Shown: one piece after another, positions 13,254 through 26,740 of the stretch | Position numbering within the stretch: position 1 is the stretch's first letter | Layout: every line of letters begins with the position of its first letter | Source: Octopus sinensis | Taxonomy: Eukaryota | Assembly (NCBI RefSeq): GCF_006345805.1 | Contig: NC_042998.1 | Span: forward strand, 60,326,001-60,390,000 | Length of the DNA: 64,000 nucleotides | Direction: 5' to 3' | Notes under the pieces: generated by a model | What the model was told of the DNA's origin: nothing | The model's input: only the letters and a program-made list of their open reading frames with translations | The model's database searches: none | Position numbers and translations under genes: made by a program

Positions 13254-14055
13254 CTGTACTGCTAAGTTACGAGGACAATGTAAACAAACCCTCACTGGTT
13301 GTCAAGCGATTAGAGGGATCTGTTCAGTTTGGCTCACAAATTTTTTAATAAATTTTTAAAAACTAAACAGTTTGAAACTTCGTATACTGGTGGAATATCT
13401 CATGCGGCATACGGTTTACTTAGAACACTCTTGACAAAATTTTATATTTTAGAAGTGATTTCGTGTTAAAGTTGTCGGTTTGGGGGTAATTTCAACCAAT
13501 CAACGACGTGTATTCGGTTGAAGAAAGCTACTACTGTTTGCGATCTTCCGGGTCATCTCTACTAAATGTCACCACTCTGTTCTGTTCGTATGTCGGATGA
13601 AGACGATATCATCTTTAGCCTTTCTTCCCTTCTAGTCAGCACCGTGCATTCCTTACTCTTTCCCTCCCTTCTACACTATCAATTAGCAACCAACGAGCGA
13701 ACTTGTCACTGCCACTACAATTACCGTATTTTCCGCTATTTGTTTTGTTTTACCTTCATGTTTTGATAAAGTTATTTTTAATCTAATAAAGATTTTCATA
13801 TTGATGAAATATGTTTGTTGTTGATTATAGTAAAATAAAATCATGACGATAACAATACATCTCATAGTTGTAAAATAAGGCGTTTTGAAACCACATATAT
13901 GCCAACAACGAAAAAGCTAGCTGCGGACTCGTAGCTCAATAAGTCTTTTAAACACTGGTGCGTTTTATGTGTGGACCTACAAAACTTATTCATGTTGGGC
14001 AAACGAATAAATATATGTAAATAATATTTTTTCCTTCTTGGTGTTGATTCATCGG

Positions 14056-14483
14056 ATGGTTTAAAGCTCTCTTCAGCCGCATGCAATTGCTATACCAAAG
14101 AATTACATCACATTATGAAATTGTGAAATTATGAAAAATCCGAAAATGTACATTTGGTATTATCTATAATGGTGAGTATATTGAGTTTCACTGAGAAAGT
14201 ATGTTTGTAAATATTCATAATCAAATATGTGTGTAGGGTACCATTGGACTTCAAAAATCCGTCCATACTCTATCATCAGTCAACATAGTATGGACCGATT
14301 TTTGAAGTCCAATGGTACCCTACACACATATTTGATTATGAAGATTTACAAACATACTTTCTCAGTGAAACTCAATATACTCACCATTATAGATAATACC
14401 AAATGTACATTTTCGGATTTTTCATAATTTCACAATTTCAAAATGTGATGTAATTGCATGCGGCTAAGGAGAGCTTTAAACCA
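14056..14483. repeat. Near-perfect foldback element (about 210-bp arms) of PLE terminal-repeat origin
   Basis: tggtttaaagctctcttcagccgcatgcaatt...ccgtccatact | ctatcatcagtcaacat | agtatggaccg...aattgcatgcggctaaggagagctttaaacca. A hammerhead begins in the right arm. Confidence 0.92.
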
Positions 14484-14551
14484 TTTGTTATGTCGATTAC
14501 ACATTGATGTAAGAATAGGTTGTTTTATAAAGCTTGAAACACGTGTACCGC
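14460..14551 (+). ncRNA. Type-I hammerhead motif with mutated core (CUAAGGA); the inverted arm keeps CUGAAGA
   Basis: gcgg ctaagga gagcttta...taaagctt GAAAC acgtgt A ccgc. Helix I is 4 bp, helix II 8 bp, helix III is palindromic ACACGUGU. Confidence 0.65.
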
Positions 14552-14644
14552 GACATCCTTTGTGTTCTGTTTTTTATTTCATTTGATGCATATACCCTCT
14601 CACCTCTGCTACAGGTGCTTACACTTATCAAGTATTCACCCTGG

Positions 14645-14706
<62 letters not shown>

Positions 14707-14739
14707 CTGTAAATAAAATATCTGACAATTATTCGGTAG

Positions 14740-15473
14740 CCATGATAAAACTCCGAGTTTCGAATGTCGGGGCGGAAACCCACGCCGCCATTTCTTCAGT
14801 TATCCGGCCATCGAAAAAATGCTATGAAAATGACCGTTAAACAAAGGGAAATTACTTTGTGATTGACCGTTATTAAGACAAAAGAGCTATTAGAATGACC
14901 GCTAAATGAGGGAGGGAGTAAAGGTAAGGGAATAAGAATGTTCATAGTATTCGCGTAAGCGTGCATGTCCATACCTACACATGCGCGCTCGCACACCCAC
15001 GTATATGCGCCTATAAGTATATACTCATCCACCCTCACTTGAAACACACACATGCTCACCCACACATTCACCAAAAAATATATACATACTCGCATACACG
15101 CTCGCACACACACACACACGCGCACACAGAAAAGGTTCATGCACACGTCTATATAGCACATGCACAAGAAAAAACAGGGCTAAAGGCAAAATGCAGAAAA
15201 ATATGTAAAGAAGTATAAAAACAGTAATAAGAGCAAAACACGTCTTTATACGCACATACCCGTATGCACGCACACACACGCACACACGCACGCGTCTAAA
15301 TACGCACACACACACACGCACAAAAAAGCTTCATATGCACATGCTCAAGAAAAAACATGGATAAAGGCAAAATACAGAAAGATGTATAAAAAATGTGTAA
15401 AAATAAGCAGTGAGTAAAACACGTCTATATATGCACATACTTGCATGCCCACACACCCACACACGTCTATATA

Positions 15474-15515
<42 letters not shown>

Positions 15516-16670
15516 CACATCCACACGCGCGCACAAAGAGTTCCATATACACATCTATATACGCACAGAGAAAATATAAGGGTGGAAGGTAGAATACAGA
15601 AAAAATTATTTTAAAAAAATATATGAGCAATAAACCTATAAAACAATATCTCTATAAATATGCAAAATATATATATGTATATATAAAATATATGAATATA
15701 TATAAAAATATATAAGAAATATAAGTTAAAAGTATAGAGAAATAAAAAGCTTGTACATGGACACAATATAGAAAGCAAGTTCTATCTGTAATCTCGGGGG
15801 GACCAAAAACGCAACAAACATTTAGCCTCATATGGACACAATATGAAAAGTTCAGTTCTTGAATTTAGACATGTAGCGGGGTCTTAGCTGCTTTTCCAGA
15901 TGAGCCATCTTTCCATATCACATAGACCGCACTTTCCACCGCCGTTTGTGTAGGGCTTACACTTTGCTAAGATCTTCCAATGGATGTTGTAACTGACACC
16001 TTTATCTTTTAAGGACCATATATGACTGGATAATTTGGTCGTTGTCCTTCCATCCCAGTGCCTGAAGCTCAAGGTATGATTATTGAACCTGGCCTTGAAA
16101 TTACCCTCTGTAAAGCCTACGTATTTCTTCGTCGAAACCGTGTTCTTAGTGGATATAAATTCCACGGTGGCTTCCTAAATGATGGTCTCGGACATGCAAG
16201 CTCCATTTAGCGGACACAAATTTTTATCCCTGCATGAACAGCTGGTTTCATATTGTGGTTTTTGTGTGCTGTGCGCGATTATATTTTTAAAATTAGTAGT
16301 TGAGCTGAAACGGATTTTTACGTTACGTCTATTGAAGAGCTTTCTGTAACTATGGTTGACTAGAAAATGTCTATTTTATCAGTGCTAAGAAATACTTGCC
16401 TATATTAAAGGTCACTTCGAGTGAGTAGCGGGGGTGTGAACTAGATAGTTTTCCTATTCCTGTTTCCTCTTCTTTATTATTGGACTGGTGGCAGATGTAT
16501 AGGTTATTTCTTCGCTAAATCCACTATCTTTTTAGAGCCTTATTATATATTGAGGCAACGCCATTAAAAATGTCCCTATCGGAGTAGAGGCTAGAAATTC
16601 TTTTGGTAATGTTTTTAACTAAATTTTTACACACTATGGAGTGATGGAAAGAACCCACATTAATATAACT
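14740..16670 (-). mobile_element. Penelope-like element 3' part (RT thumb, GIY-YIG, repeat-rich 3' UTR, HHR)
   Basis: LSYINVGSFHHSIVCKNLVKNITKRISSL; CSCRDKNLCPLNGAC; KKYVGFTEGNFKARFNNHTLSF..LSSHIWSLKDKGVSYNIHWKILAKCKPYTNGGGKCGLC. Confidence 0.88.
14744..14804 (-). ncRNA. Type-I hammerhead motif at the 3' end of the PLE relic at 15800-16670
   Basis: Minus: gataa CUGAAGA aatggcgg...ccgccccgacattc GAAAC tcggagt U ttatc. Helix I is 5 bp, helix III ACUC/GAGU, the first pair of helix II is mismatched. Confidence 0.65.
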
Positions 16671-16673
16671 AAG

Positions 16674-16713
<40 letters not shown>

Positions 16714-16716
16714 AAA

Positions 16717-17110
16717 TTTTTACCTGTTTCAGTCATTAAAGTGCACCCATGCTGGGGCATCACTTTGAACTTTTAGTCGAATGAATCGACCCCGAATACT
16801 TACTTTTTAAGCCTGCTACTTATTCTATCGGTGCCTTTTACTGAGCCACCAAGTTACGGGTACGAAAACACACCCACATCGGTTTTCAAGTGGTGATGGG
16901 GGCGGGGACAAACACAGACACAGATATTAGATATATATACATATATCTATATAACGGGCTTCTTTCAGTTTCCGTCAAATCGACTTCCAAAGCTTTGGAC
17001 GGTCCGAGGCTACAGTAGAAGACACTTGTCCAAGGTACCACGCAGTGGCACTGAACCCGGAATCGTGGGGTTGGGAAGAGAGCTTCTTACCACACAGCTA
17101 CTCCTGCGCC
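16717..17110 (-). mobile_element. Octopod tRNA-derived SINE, near full length
   Basis: Reverse complement of ggcgcaggagtagctgtgtggtaag... through ...gactgaaacaggtaaaaa. Confidence 0.85.
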
Positions 17111-17139
17111 TATATAAATCTGAAATCGGTTACTGTACA

Positions 17140-17410
17140 GCAGCAGGATACGGTTCCTTACCACACCTCCAGAAAGATTCAGAAGGTGTTCTCAGAGAAT
17201 TTATATGACTCCACTAGCCTTAAAGCCCTAATTTCTCGCCCGCTACTTCTCCCGATTATAATCCTATGGATTACTATATGTAGGCTATATGTAGGCCGAA
17301 TTGGTTGCTAAGATCAAGAAGATGTTCGAATATTTTCCCAGGGACACAGTGAGGAAAGCATGTCCAGGTTCCAGAACTATCTTGAGGCCGCGGCAGAAGC
17401 TGAGGCTACT
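17140..17410 (+). mobile_element. Tc1/mariner (maT/DD37D-like) transposase C-terminal fragment
   Basis: QQDTVPYHTSRKIQKVFSENLYDSTS...TSPDYNPMDYY...ELVAKIKKMFEYFPRDTVRKAC. Confidence 0.7.
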
Positions 17411-17499
17411 CCCGGTCATAATCTAGATGATACTTTTTGACTTTTTTTTAATATTCTTACTTTTGGATGGGACATTGTGTGTATGTATGTATGTACATA

Positions 17500-17581
<82 letters not shown>

Positions 17582-17605
17582 CATACATATACATACATAC
17601 ATACA

Positions 17606-17637
<32 letters not shown>

Positions 17638-20412
17638 CATACATACATGCATACATATATATATGTATGTATAGATTATATATGTGTATGTGTGTGTGTG
17701 AGAGAGAGGGGGGAGATACATTTTGACTCCTCAGCTGATTTAGAAAACTACAAGCATTTTTTTTTTTTTTCCTTTCACTTTCGTTATGAGCACTTGGCTA
17801 ATAGATTTTTATACACTTGGACAAACAAATATTTCTTCAAATCAGAGTGGTAAACATCAATTATTTCATCATATAAAACTGGCAAAATCCCATTATTTCT
17901 CACAAAAGTCTACTTCGATTCAAACAATAATACCTTAAATACACAATAAAAGCACCAAGAACTCTCTTGTCACATCATGAAAATTTATTTTCGTACTGGG
18001 AACCAAGAATTACTAATTATCTGAGAGTTGTCTAAACTTCATCCAACAATCAATTCATCCTACATTAGAGTAACTTCTCATTTCGTTATATTACACTTCA
18101 TTCTATTTCTAATTTTATACATTACAATATTTCCTCTTTCAACAAATATTCAAACTGTTTCTTCATTCATTTTGTATTCCAAGATGTTGTTTAGGATTTC
18201 GTATATTCCATGCTTTAAACAGCTGGATCTAGTCAACTATTCTTTTATTAATTATCTCCCTTTCTGCACTATAAATCGCAACCCTTACGCTTCTGCGTTT
18301 ACTCGACTAGTGCGACACGTTTCTTTAGTATATTTTCGCTAACTGCCAAACTCCATTTTTTCCGATATACTCTATTCTTCTACTCAGAGGGAGTTCCAGT
18401 TGGTTGTGTAACAATCACAGTTACAGTTAAACTCATAAAATAGAATATTTCACTTCACATAAACAGTTACACTTACGAGTGATAGCTGTAATATAGAAAT
18501 CATTGCCTGTTGTAGCCATATTTACTGGTGTAGCACAGTAAATGGAAGAATGAAATGCTTTGTCACAGCCCGTTTGGCGTTAACTATTTTGAGTAACTGA
18601 TTTTGCGCAGACTATTTTTCCCTAAGATGTTTTAATGTTTCACTCGTTTTAATGCTTCTCTTGTTCTCCCCTGCTTCTCTCTCTCTCTCTCTCTCTCCCC
18701 ATTTCTCTCTCACACTTTCTATCTGTATGCATATATCTCTGTGCGTGCATGTGTGTGCGGGCGCGCGCACGTGTTTGGCACCTACGCCAAAATGTATTGT
18801 CACAAAAACGAGCTAAATCGTCAGCGTCCAAACTACTGCATCTAATCATTTCATTCCGAGTTAACGGCTGATTTATGTTGTTTAATCTAAAGGTGTCAGA
18901 TATCTCTGGTGCTGTAGTTGTTCAATCACACATTGACCCTAATTAGGAAGATTTATAATCAAAACCATTCCAAGAATGGCCAAACCATTTTTTTCCTGTA
19001 TCAAGTATCTAATAATAGAATTATACAATGAAGTATTAGATATAATTTAATACTGTGCGGTGTGATTTGATGATAACTTGATTGATGATTTTAGAAGGTC
19101 AAATAACGATGCAAATTCTCACATGTTAGCTTGTTATCTCTGCTTTATATTCTGAAGGTAATAGTTTTATTTCTTTAACAAATACTGGCTAAGGGATTGG
19201 CGACTTCGAGGAAGCTATTCAACATAGACTAAAGACATTTGAAGATGGTTGAACAAGTAAAGCTTATATACTTAAGTAGAATCGGAGATGTTTAATTTTG
19301 GAAGAAGCTAAAAAAGAAGTTATTTTATCAAGTAAAATTATGCCTATAATGGAAAGAAAATGTATTAGAATATACAACGCCATCTGAAGAAAAGACTGTC
19401 CGAGATAAACATGGAGAATCCCTGCTTTTGAATACATACATAAGCATCAACACAAGGAATATTGGTAGAACATTCCCATCAAAACTTCTAGCAAGTGCAT
19501 TCATGACAGACTGGATAGTTGTTTGCACTTTCAAAGAGGTCAGCTACCTTGTTGATTTGAATATCTTCTCGAAAATCAATGAGAAAGAGGATAACTACGG
19601 ACAACTGCTCCGAAACCTCCAGCTTCTATATTCAGATTATTAATTCACATTTCTACCAATGATAATTGGTGTACGTGGTTTTTAATGTAAATGCCTAAAT
19701 GAGAATTCAGTTCTCTAGAGCTTCACTACGAAATTTAGCCCATAGTTCTCTTGCAACCCAACTAGCAACACTCCTGATAGTTACTCGATGTACTAGAACC
19801 ATTTACTAAATCTCACTCAAATCACACTTTACAGTGTTAAAGAAAGGAAGAACACAAGGAACATTGTTGGCCATGGATAGATGATCACAACTTTAACCCC
19901 CACCTTCCATAGATCTATTCGATCAGGTATGACTTGGATCTGAATTACAATAAAAGCAACAGCTTCATATCTTATATCTCAGCAACTTAATTTACATTTC
20001 ATCACAAATTCAGTGAACAGTTTTCCGTGATTACAGCCCCCGTATCTCAGCAACATCTGCTCACTTTTCAGAACCAGATAAATTGATATATAAATAGGTA
20101 CCAGCTTCATCAGTATCTCTTACGTCCTTCTTTCCTCTTACTTTTAACTCATAGATATTGTAAAACACAGGAAAAAGTGTATTTCCCATTTAACTTTAGA
20201 ATTATTTATTATTTAAAAATCTCGTAAATACATAGAACAGAGATAAAGTCTGGACATAAAACAATAACTCCATCCCTCATTCTTCATTAAAACGTTTTGA
20301 AAAATGAACCGCTGTGTATATCTGCTACTGATAACGAGAATGCACCGAAAAATATTAATGAGATATGGTAATTTCATATGATTTAGAGTTGTTTATATAA
20401 ATGTAATATTAC

Positions 20413-20481
20413 CTTTACAATCAAATAAGAATCTCCTTTGTGAAATTTGCCTTTCTTCTGCCACAGCAGCAAATTATAACC
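20413..20481 (-). CDS. Candidate 69-nt phase 0-0 exon (GYNLLLWQKKGKFHKGDSYLIVK)
   Basis: Acceptor aacttttttcctctccag|G and donor AAG|gtaata; only one frame is open. GKFHKGDSYLIV resembles the gelsolin/villin G1 motif (GKFYTGDSYIVL), which is an inference. Confidence 0.5.
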
Positions 20482-21786
20482 CTGGAGAGGAAAAAAGTTT
20501 AGAACGATATAAATGATTGTTCTATGAAAAAAAAACATGCATTTCATTATAGCTGAAAGATATTTGAAAGAGTTAGATTTGTCTCCCTTTAGCAAATGAT
20601 AATGTTAAAAGACAAAACACGAATTATTTGGTTTTGTATAAGGATAAATGTTCAGAGCTTTAAAAATAATTTTGATTGCAACAATAAAACGATAATGTTT
20701 CTCAAATACAGTAACAAAAATCATAAAATATTTTGATTAATGTATTTATACATTTCAATGATAAAATTTACTGCAGATGTTTCCTATTAAACCTTATTTT
20801 TTAATGTACTTTTTCAAAATCTATTATTATCCTTATTACTAATGTCATTGTTAATATTATTATTGCATTATTACTAATGTTATTGTTGATATTATTATTC
20901 ATCGTTTATAATCATTACTTGCCCTCTCAACATCCGACGATAAGGATGATGCATGAAACAAATAGACGAAACAAAAATTAAATATCTAACAAGTCACATG
21001 GAGACGTATAATGTCTCTGAACAATTATTTTCTAGACAATGCTCCAAGAAAGATGTAAAAGCTATCACTTACTGTTGTATTATATTATGATCATTATTTC
21101 TCTTTTGGGGCAACACACTTTTTTTAATTAAATAATTTACAACGGAAAGTTTCTACTATTGGTTATCTTTAGATTGTTGGTTAACTCTAGATCTTGGTCT
21201 TAGTCCAGCAGACAAAGGATCAGAGGTAACCTACCCATCACTATTCCTTCTCCTTTTTTCTCTTAATCATAATGCATTGAGAAAATTATTTAGTATGTGA
21301 TCTTATTATTTTAAAAGAACATAGTGTATCATTTGAGAGAGGTTTGACTGCTACTTCTTACAGCTGATATGACTACATATGTTCCTACCTTGATTTGTTA
21401 TTCGCTCGTTGGTTCGTTTACAGGCTGTATTCTTTATTTGATAGACTGACAAATCTAGAAAATTAATTTGTGACAAAATCGTTCAGAAGAGCCATCCTAC
21501 TGTATGATACACATGAAATTTAAATACATTCAAATGTATGGATTCTTGGTTCAACTCATGGTATAAGATGGCAAAATATTCAAGTCATACTACTACAAGA
21601 GTAAAAGAAAATATATCCCGGAGCCCTAAAACCACAAGAAAAGGCTTGGGGTACTTTTGTATGCCGATTCCTGACTCATTATTAATATAAATGAGCGATA
21701 ATGTTGTTATGTATCATATTTCTTAATAAATTCTTGTTTAGACTTCAGGCAACTATAGAAGAACAGACCAATAATTAAAAGCTTTT

Positions 21787-23883
21787 CATCCTGCCTTTGC
21801 CACGGGTGTAGGTCAACCTACTAAAATCTTCTTTACACTAGGTGCATAGCTAAAGGATAATCTCAGAGTATGTCTATCAAATATTTTGCTGAGTTTATTA
21901 GTAAGGGCAAAGTGTCTAAAAGATTTTAATAGGTAAGCCCACATCCGGGGCAGAGGCAGGATGCTCATGCAGGGGTACAATACGGAGACAGTTGTTTACG
22001 AGGCAGAAGTAACAACAACAGAACCCAATGGACAACCTCTATAAGGACAACGCGCTGGCAATATAAAGAAGGGCTAACGGCCATATGCTAGATGGGCTCA
22101 GAAAGGACCTCACAAGCACCATAAACTCCCTCGGACTGAAGATCACTACAGAGACCAACCTAAAAACAGCAGATTTTCTTGAAGTGACCCTAGACCTGTA
22201 ATCAGGCCCTTTAGAAAACCAAGTGAGAAGTTGTCTTACATTAAAACTGGTTCCTGCCATCCAGCCATAGTGTCCAGGAACCTGGTTAAAGGTGTCACCA
22301 AGGGAATATCCGGCTTGTCTTCAAGCAAAGAGATCTTTGATGCTGCCGTCTCGTACTACAACCGGACTCTGGCTGCTAGCAGTTTCATGGATAGTATTAG
22401 TTACATGCCAGACCCTAGTCCCACCAAAAGAAAGTGCAACTGGAAAGTACTATGGTTCGCACCGCCATTCTCTTTAAACGTTAGGGCATGAGTAGGTAAG
22501 ATCTTCCTTAATTTAGTTGATAGACACTTCCCCCGTACTAATAGATTCAACAAGATATTTGATAGACATACCCTGAGATTATCCTTTAGCTGTGCACCTA
22601 GCGTAAAAAAGATTTTAGTAGGTAGGTCCCACACCCGAGACTGAGGCAGGATGCTCCTTCAGGGGTAATACAACTTGCCCACTAAACGGCCACTGCAATA
22701 CGGAAACAGTTCATTGCGAGGCAGAAGTAACAGCAACAGGACCCAATAGACAACCGAGCGTGCGGAAATATGTGGGGGTCATGGAAAGCCCCTTCAGAAC
22801 CCGCTTTAATAACCACAAGTCCTCCATTCAACATCCCAGAGAGATGTAATGCCACAACCCAAGTCAAGCACGCCTGGATTTTGAAAGAAAGCATCATGGA
22901 GTACAGCATAAAGTGGAAGATCCTAGACAGATGCAAGCCGTTCTTCAATAGCAGCAGGAAGTACAGATTATGCCTGGCTGAAAAGAGAGCGATTTTAAAA
23001 CGTACCCAACGTCCGGATGTTTACCCGAATCGTAGGAGTGAGGTGTTTAATCCTTGCCCGCATGAAAGGAAGTACATTCTATCGTACCTGCGCACCCCAC
23101 CATGACTTCAACCACAGGTCCCCTGCCTCGACCTTCCGCCAATGCTCTTGAGCCCGGCAAAAAGAGTCTGATCAAGGCACACACCAATGCACCCATGTAC
23201 AATCACCCACCCTATAAGGTAGACACCCTGCAAATAACTATCACCCACCACCCCAACACATAACCCCTCAAACAAATTGTACCTTCACATATACACAGAC
23301 CCCTCAACACACACACACATTACACACCGCACGCTAATATAAAGAAAAACACGTCTTTATCCTTTACAGAAAGAAAACAGACCAATGAACACAGCTATAT
23401 ATATACCTACACGCCCGGAAAAAATTATACATATGACACCGCTACACATACCACACACCCCATATCATGCACCCAATCGCCGCAGAGATATCACATTAAT
23501 AATATATACTTTCCCCCACTTCGGGATAACTCTTGCCAGCCTCACAGCACACCCAACCAAGATACATGAGTCCTCGCCAAATCCCCTGGATCCTTTTTTC
23601 GTTTCGCCACTTTTTTCACAGCAGCCACTGACCGGTTGTGCTAATCCACCTCTGACAATAGAGAACAGTCGCCATATTCTCTTCCATATCGGCTATTTCT
23701 GATGAGCGAAGAGTTACATAGATTGTTACCTAATACTCCATTGTATTCTTTACGCGAAACCGATTGGCAAGATCAGCTGTGATGGATACTTAATACTATA
23801 AAATTCGGATAATATACCCACTCTACTGACAGTTATACGAGTGCATCCTCTCCCTCACTTATGGTCTCTTAGACGACTCACGC

Positions 23884-23885
<2 letters not shown>
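21787..23885 (+). mobile_element. Penelope-like element (decayed RT C-terminal part, GIY-YIG, 3' UTR with HHR) with inverted and partial-tandem 5' segments
   Basis: ITTETNLKTADFLEVTLDL, LSYIKTGSCHPAIVSRNLVKGVTKGISGLSSSKEIFDAAVSYYN, VLWFAPPFSLNV, FRTRFNNHKSS, IKWKILDRCKPFFNSSRKYRLCLAEK, NRRSEVFNPCPHERKY. Confidence 0.9.
23690..23779 (+). ncRNA. Type-I hammerhead motif in PLE 3' UTR, probably inactivated (U16.1 to C)
   Basis: cggctattt CUGAUGA gcgaagag...tctttacgc GAAAC cgattggc A agat(c)agctg. Helix I is 9 bp with one bulge. Confidence 0.7.
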
Positions 23886-23921
<36 letters not shown>

Positions 23922-23923
<2 letters not shown>

Positions 23924-24086
23924 GGCAGGCTTCTTTCAGTTTCCGTCTACCAAATCTACTCACAAGGCATTGGTCGGCCCGGGGCTATAGCAGAAGACAC
24001 TTGCCCAAGATGCCACGCAGTGGGACTGAACCCGGAACCATGTGGCTGGTTACCAAGCTACTTACCACACAGCCACTTCTGCGCCT
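23922..24086 (-). mobile_element. Octopod SINE head
   Basis: Reverse complement of ggcgcagaagtggctgtgtggtaagtagcttggtaaccagccacatggttccgggttcagtcccactgcgtggc. Confidence 0.88.
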
Positions 24087-24117
24087 ATATATATATATAT
24101 ATATATAATATATATAT

Positions 24118-24170
<53 letters not shown>

Positions 24171-24566
24171 ATATATACACACACACACATATATGTGTGT
24201 GTGTGTGTATGTTTGCGTGTGTATGTGTATTCATATGTATAAACATCGTATGGCACTTACTTCAACTCGCCACATGTTCATGTATGTTGTTCCATCCTTG
24301 ATAATCTTCGGTACACACCTGAATGCCACATCTACTGTGGAATTCATGGCTGGAAAAGAGAAACGATAAAATAAATATTCCGAAACTGTTAGATTGTAGA
24401 ATTAATATGCCACCTCTGTTTAACACCATTATCTAGAATTTGAGTGCGTTTAGCAGTGATGTAAGAATTCGCATCACGACTTTGATTTAAGGATAGAAAT
24501 TATTCCCTTTCTGCCACCAGTAATGGAAGTTCTACAAGAGTCAATGGTGCTACTTTTCCTAAAGTC

Positions 24567-24658
<92 letters not shown>

Positions 24659-24659
24659 A

Positions 24660-24895
24660 CAACAATTGCAGCGTGGAAGGTGTTTATAAGCCATTTAAGA
24701 AACGCACAAAAACTTCGTGCTGAAGTGAACAGGTTTCAAAGCGACGAAAATATTTTGATAAATTAAATTTAAATGTTGAAGTGAATCTAACGGTTTTGTG
24801 TGTTTCTTAAATGGCTTATTAACACCTTCCACGCTGCAATTGTTTTCGTTCCAGCACACGATCTCAGATCAAGTCATTCGCTATGCAAATACATC
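24660..24895. mobile_element. Short foldback element (about 52-bp arms plus tail), same family as 49430-50022
   Basis: aacaattgcagcgtggaaggtgtttataagccatttaagaaac / gtttcttaaatggcttattaacaccttccacgctgcaattgtt. The spacer has gtgaacag..gcgacgaaaatattt. Tail 24845-24895 matches 49430-49487 inverted. Confidence 0.8.
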
Positions 24896-24957
<62 letters not shown>

Positions 24958-24964
<7 letters not shown>

Positions 24965-25214
24965 ATCACGTGACCGACCAGAGCATCAGATGCTGTTACA
25001 CATCGCTGGTCACAATGCGTTCGCATTGTTTTAGCCTTCGAATGACGCCACCCCGCTGGCTAAGCGAGCAGGCCAACAGAAGAAAGAGTGGGAGAAAGAG
25101 TGGTGAAAGAGTACAGCAGGGATCACCACCCCCTGCCGGAGCCTCGTGGAGCTTTTAGGTGTTTTCGCTCAATAAACACACACAATGCCCTAACCACTAG
25201 GCCATTGCGCCTCC
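24958..25214 (-). mobile_element. Second tRNA-derived SINE family, internally deleted head
   Basis: Minus begins ggaggcgcaatggcctagtggttagggca (A-box-like), followed by body ttattgagcgaaaacacctaaaagctccacgaggctccggcagggg. Confidence 0.65.
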
Positions 25215-25468
25215 ACATATATATACAAGATAAGAAAATGGAGAAATACTTCTAAATCAAATATCAATTACCAGATAATACTCAATCACATACTTTATTA
25301 AACCACCACATAACCTGTAGGGTTAAATATAAAAAGCAGAACAAATCAGTGTACATAAAGGAATGTACATAAAAAAAGTGTACATAAAAGAGTAATGTTG
25401 TATAATAAGTAGAATATATATAAAAGAGAATATAAATATAAGTAAATATAAATATAAGTATAGATTAC

Positions 25469-25595
25469 ATCTTACAGCAGTTTCGGCCATGTAGATAAGT
25501 ATGTCTCATTTTACCAATATTAGCCTTTTAAGGTAGGTCAATATATAGATATAAATGAGACATTTGCAAAAATATCATAAGGCCTCTTCGGAGAT
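25469..25595 (-). ncRNA. Type-I hammerhead motif (U4C core, long helix II loop)
   Basis: Minus: atct CCGAAGA ggcc...ggcc GAAAC tgctgt A agat. Confidence 0.55.
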
Positions 25596-26571
25596 TATGT
25601 AATATAAATCAGTCTACATATATACCCACATGGGTGTAGATATATACCCATAATACAACATATACATATACATATGAGTGCATATACTCACACTCCTATA
25701 CATATAAAAATATACATATACATAATGATATAAATAAATAATATAAACTAGTAAACATATATGTGTTCCACATTCAATGTCTCAGTTTTTCGACTTAATA
25801 TTGTGATAATAAACATACACAAATTAGCACCTAGATGCAAATATACATAGTCAATAGTACATTATATTACTTCATACTAATTTCTAAAGTGTCATTAAAG
25901 TTAGCATAATTATCGTTGTCAATACTATTAATGCTACCATTATTATTATTCATAATATTATTAATAACGCTTACATTAGGATTCAGAGTGATACATATGT
26001 ATGTCCGGGTTCCATTTAGTAATTTTCCTTATGACATAAATACACTATTGGATTTGAATTTAAAATTATCATTATCTTCCTCACGGTTGGTCAATTGAGA
26101 GCCGCCCAACCTCCACCACACCACACAAGCAAAACATACACATCCACATCTAACCCTAAACCCACACATCCACACAGAAACTCACACACACATGAATACA
26201 CACCGACACATCGCTACACATTCACTAAATTGCAGAGTGTATGCCTGTCATCGCATGGCTTATAGACAAATCAGTACAGGCAGCAGTGTCTAACACTAAC
26301 ACACACACTCACACGCACATCCACATATACGCATAAATATTAATACACTTTCATATACTGTGTCAGGGAACTTTCGCACATACATATATATATATTTAAA
26401 TATATATCTGCGAACTCATACGTACAAATAAAACCTATATTTATATACACCCATGAATAAATATTCGCATATACATATATACATATCCAAATACGCACCT
26501 GCGTGCTCATATGTGTAATAAAAACATACATCCGTACATCCACCCACGATCATACCTATATGTACAAAAAC

Positions 26572-26629
<58 letters not shown>

Positions 26630-26740
26630 TAATATAGGATGAAGTTTTTTTACAGAAAAAAAATCCATCAAAAAAGTGGCAGCATATTAAAATACTGTTA
26701 AAGGTTAAAATTATAAACAAGGACAAAATAAAATTATTTC

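Noticed and set aside
19350-19643. About 97-codon open frame on plus (WKENVLEYTTPSEEK...LLYSDY*)
   Set aside because: No recognisable homology, no good acceptor in frame, and opposite to the better exon candidates. Left unannotated.
21540-21690. Faint resemblance to a pogo/Tigger DDE segment (HKKRLGVLLYAD)
   Set aside because: The similarity is too short and interrupted to support a call.
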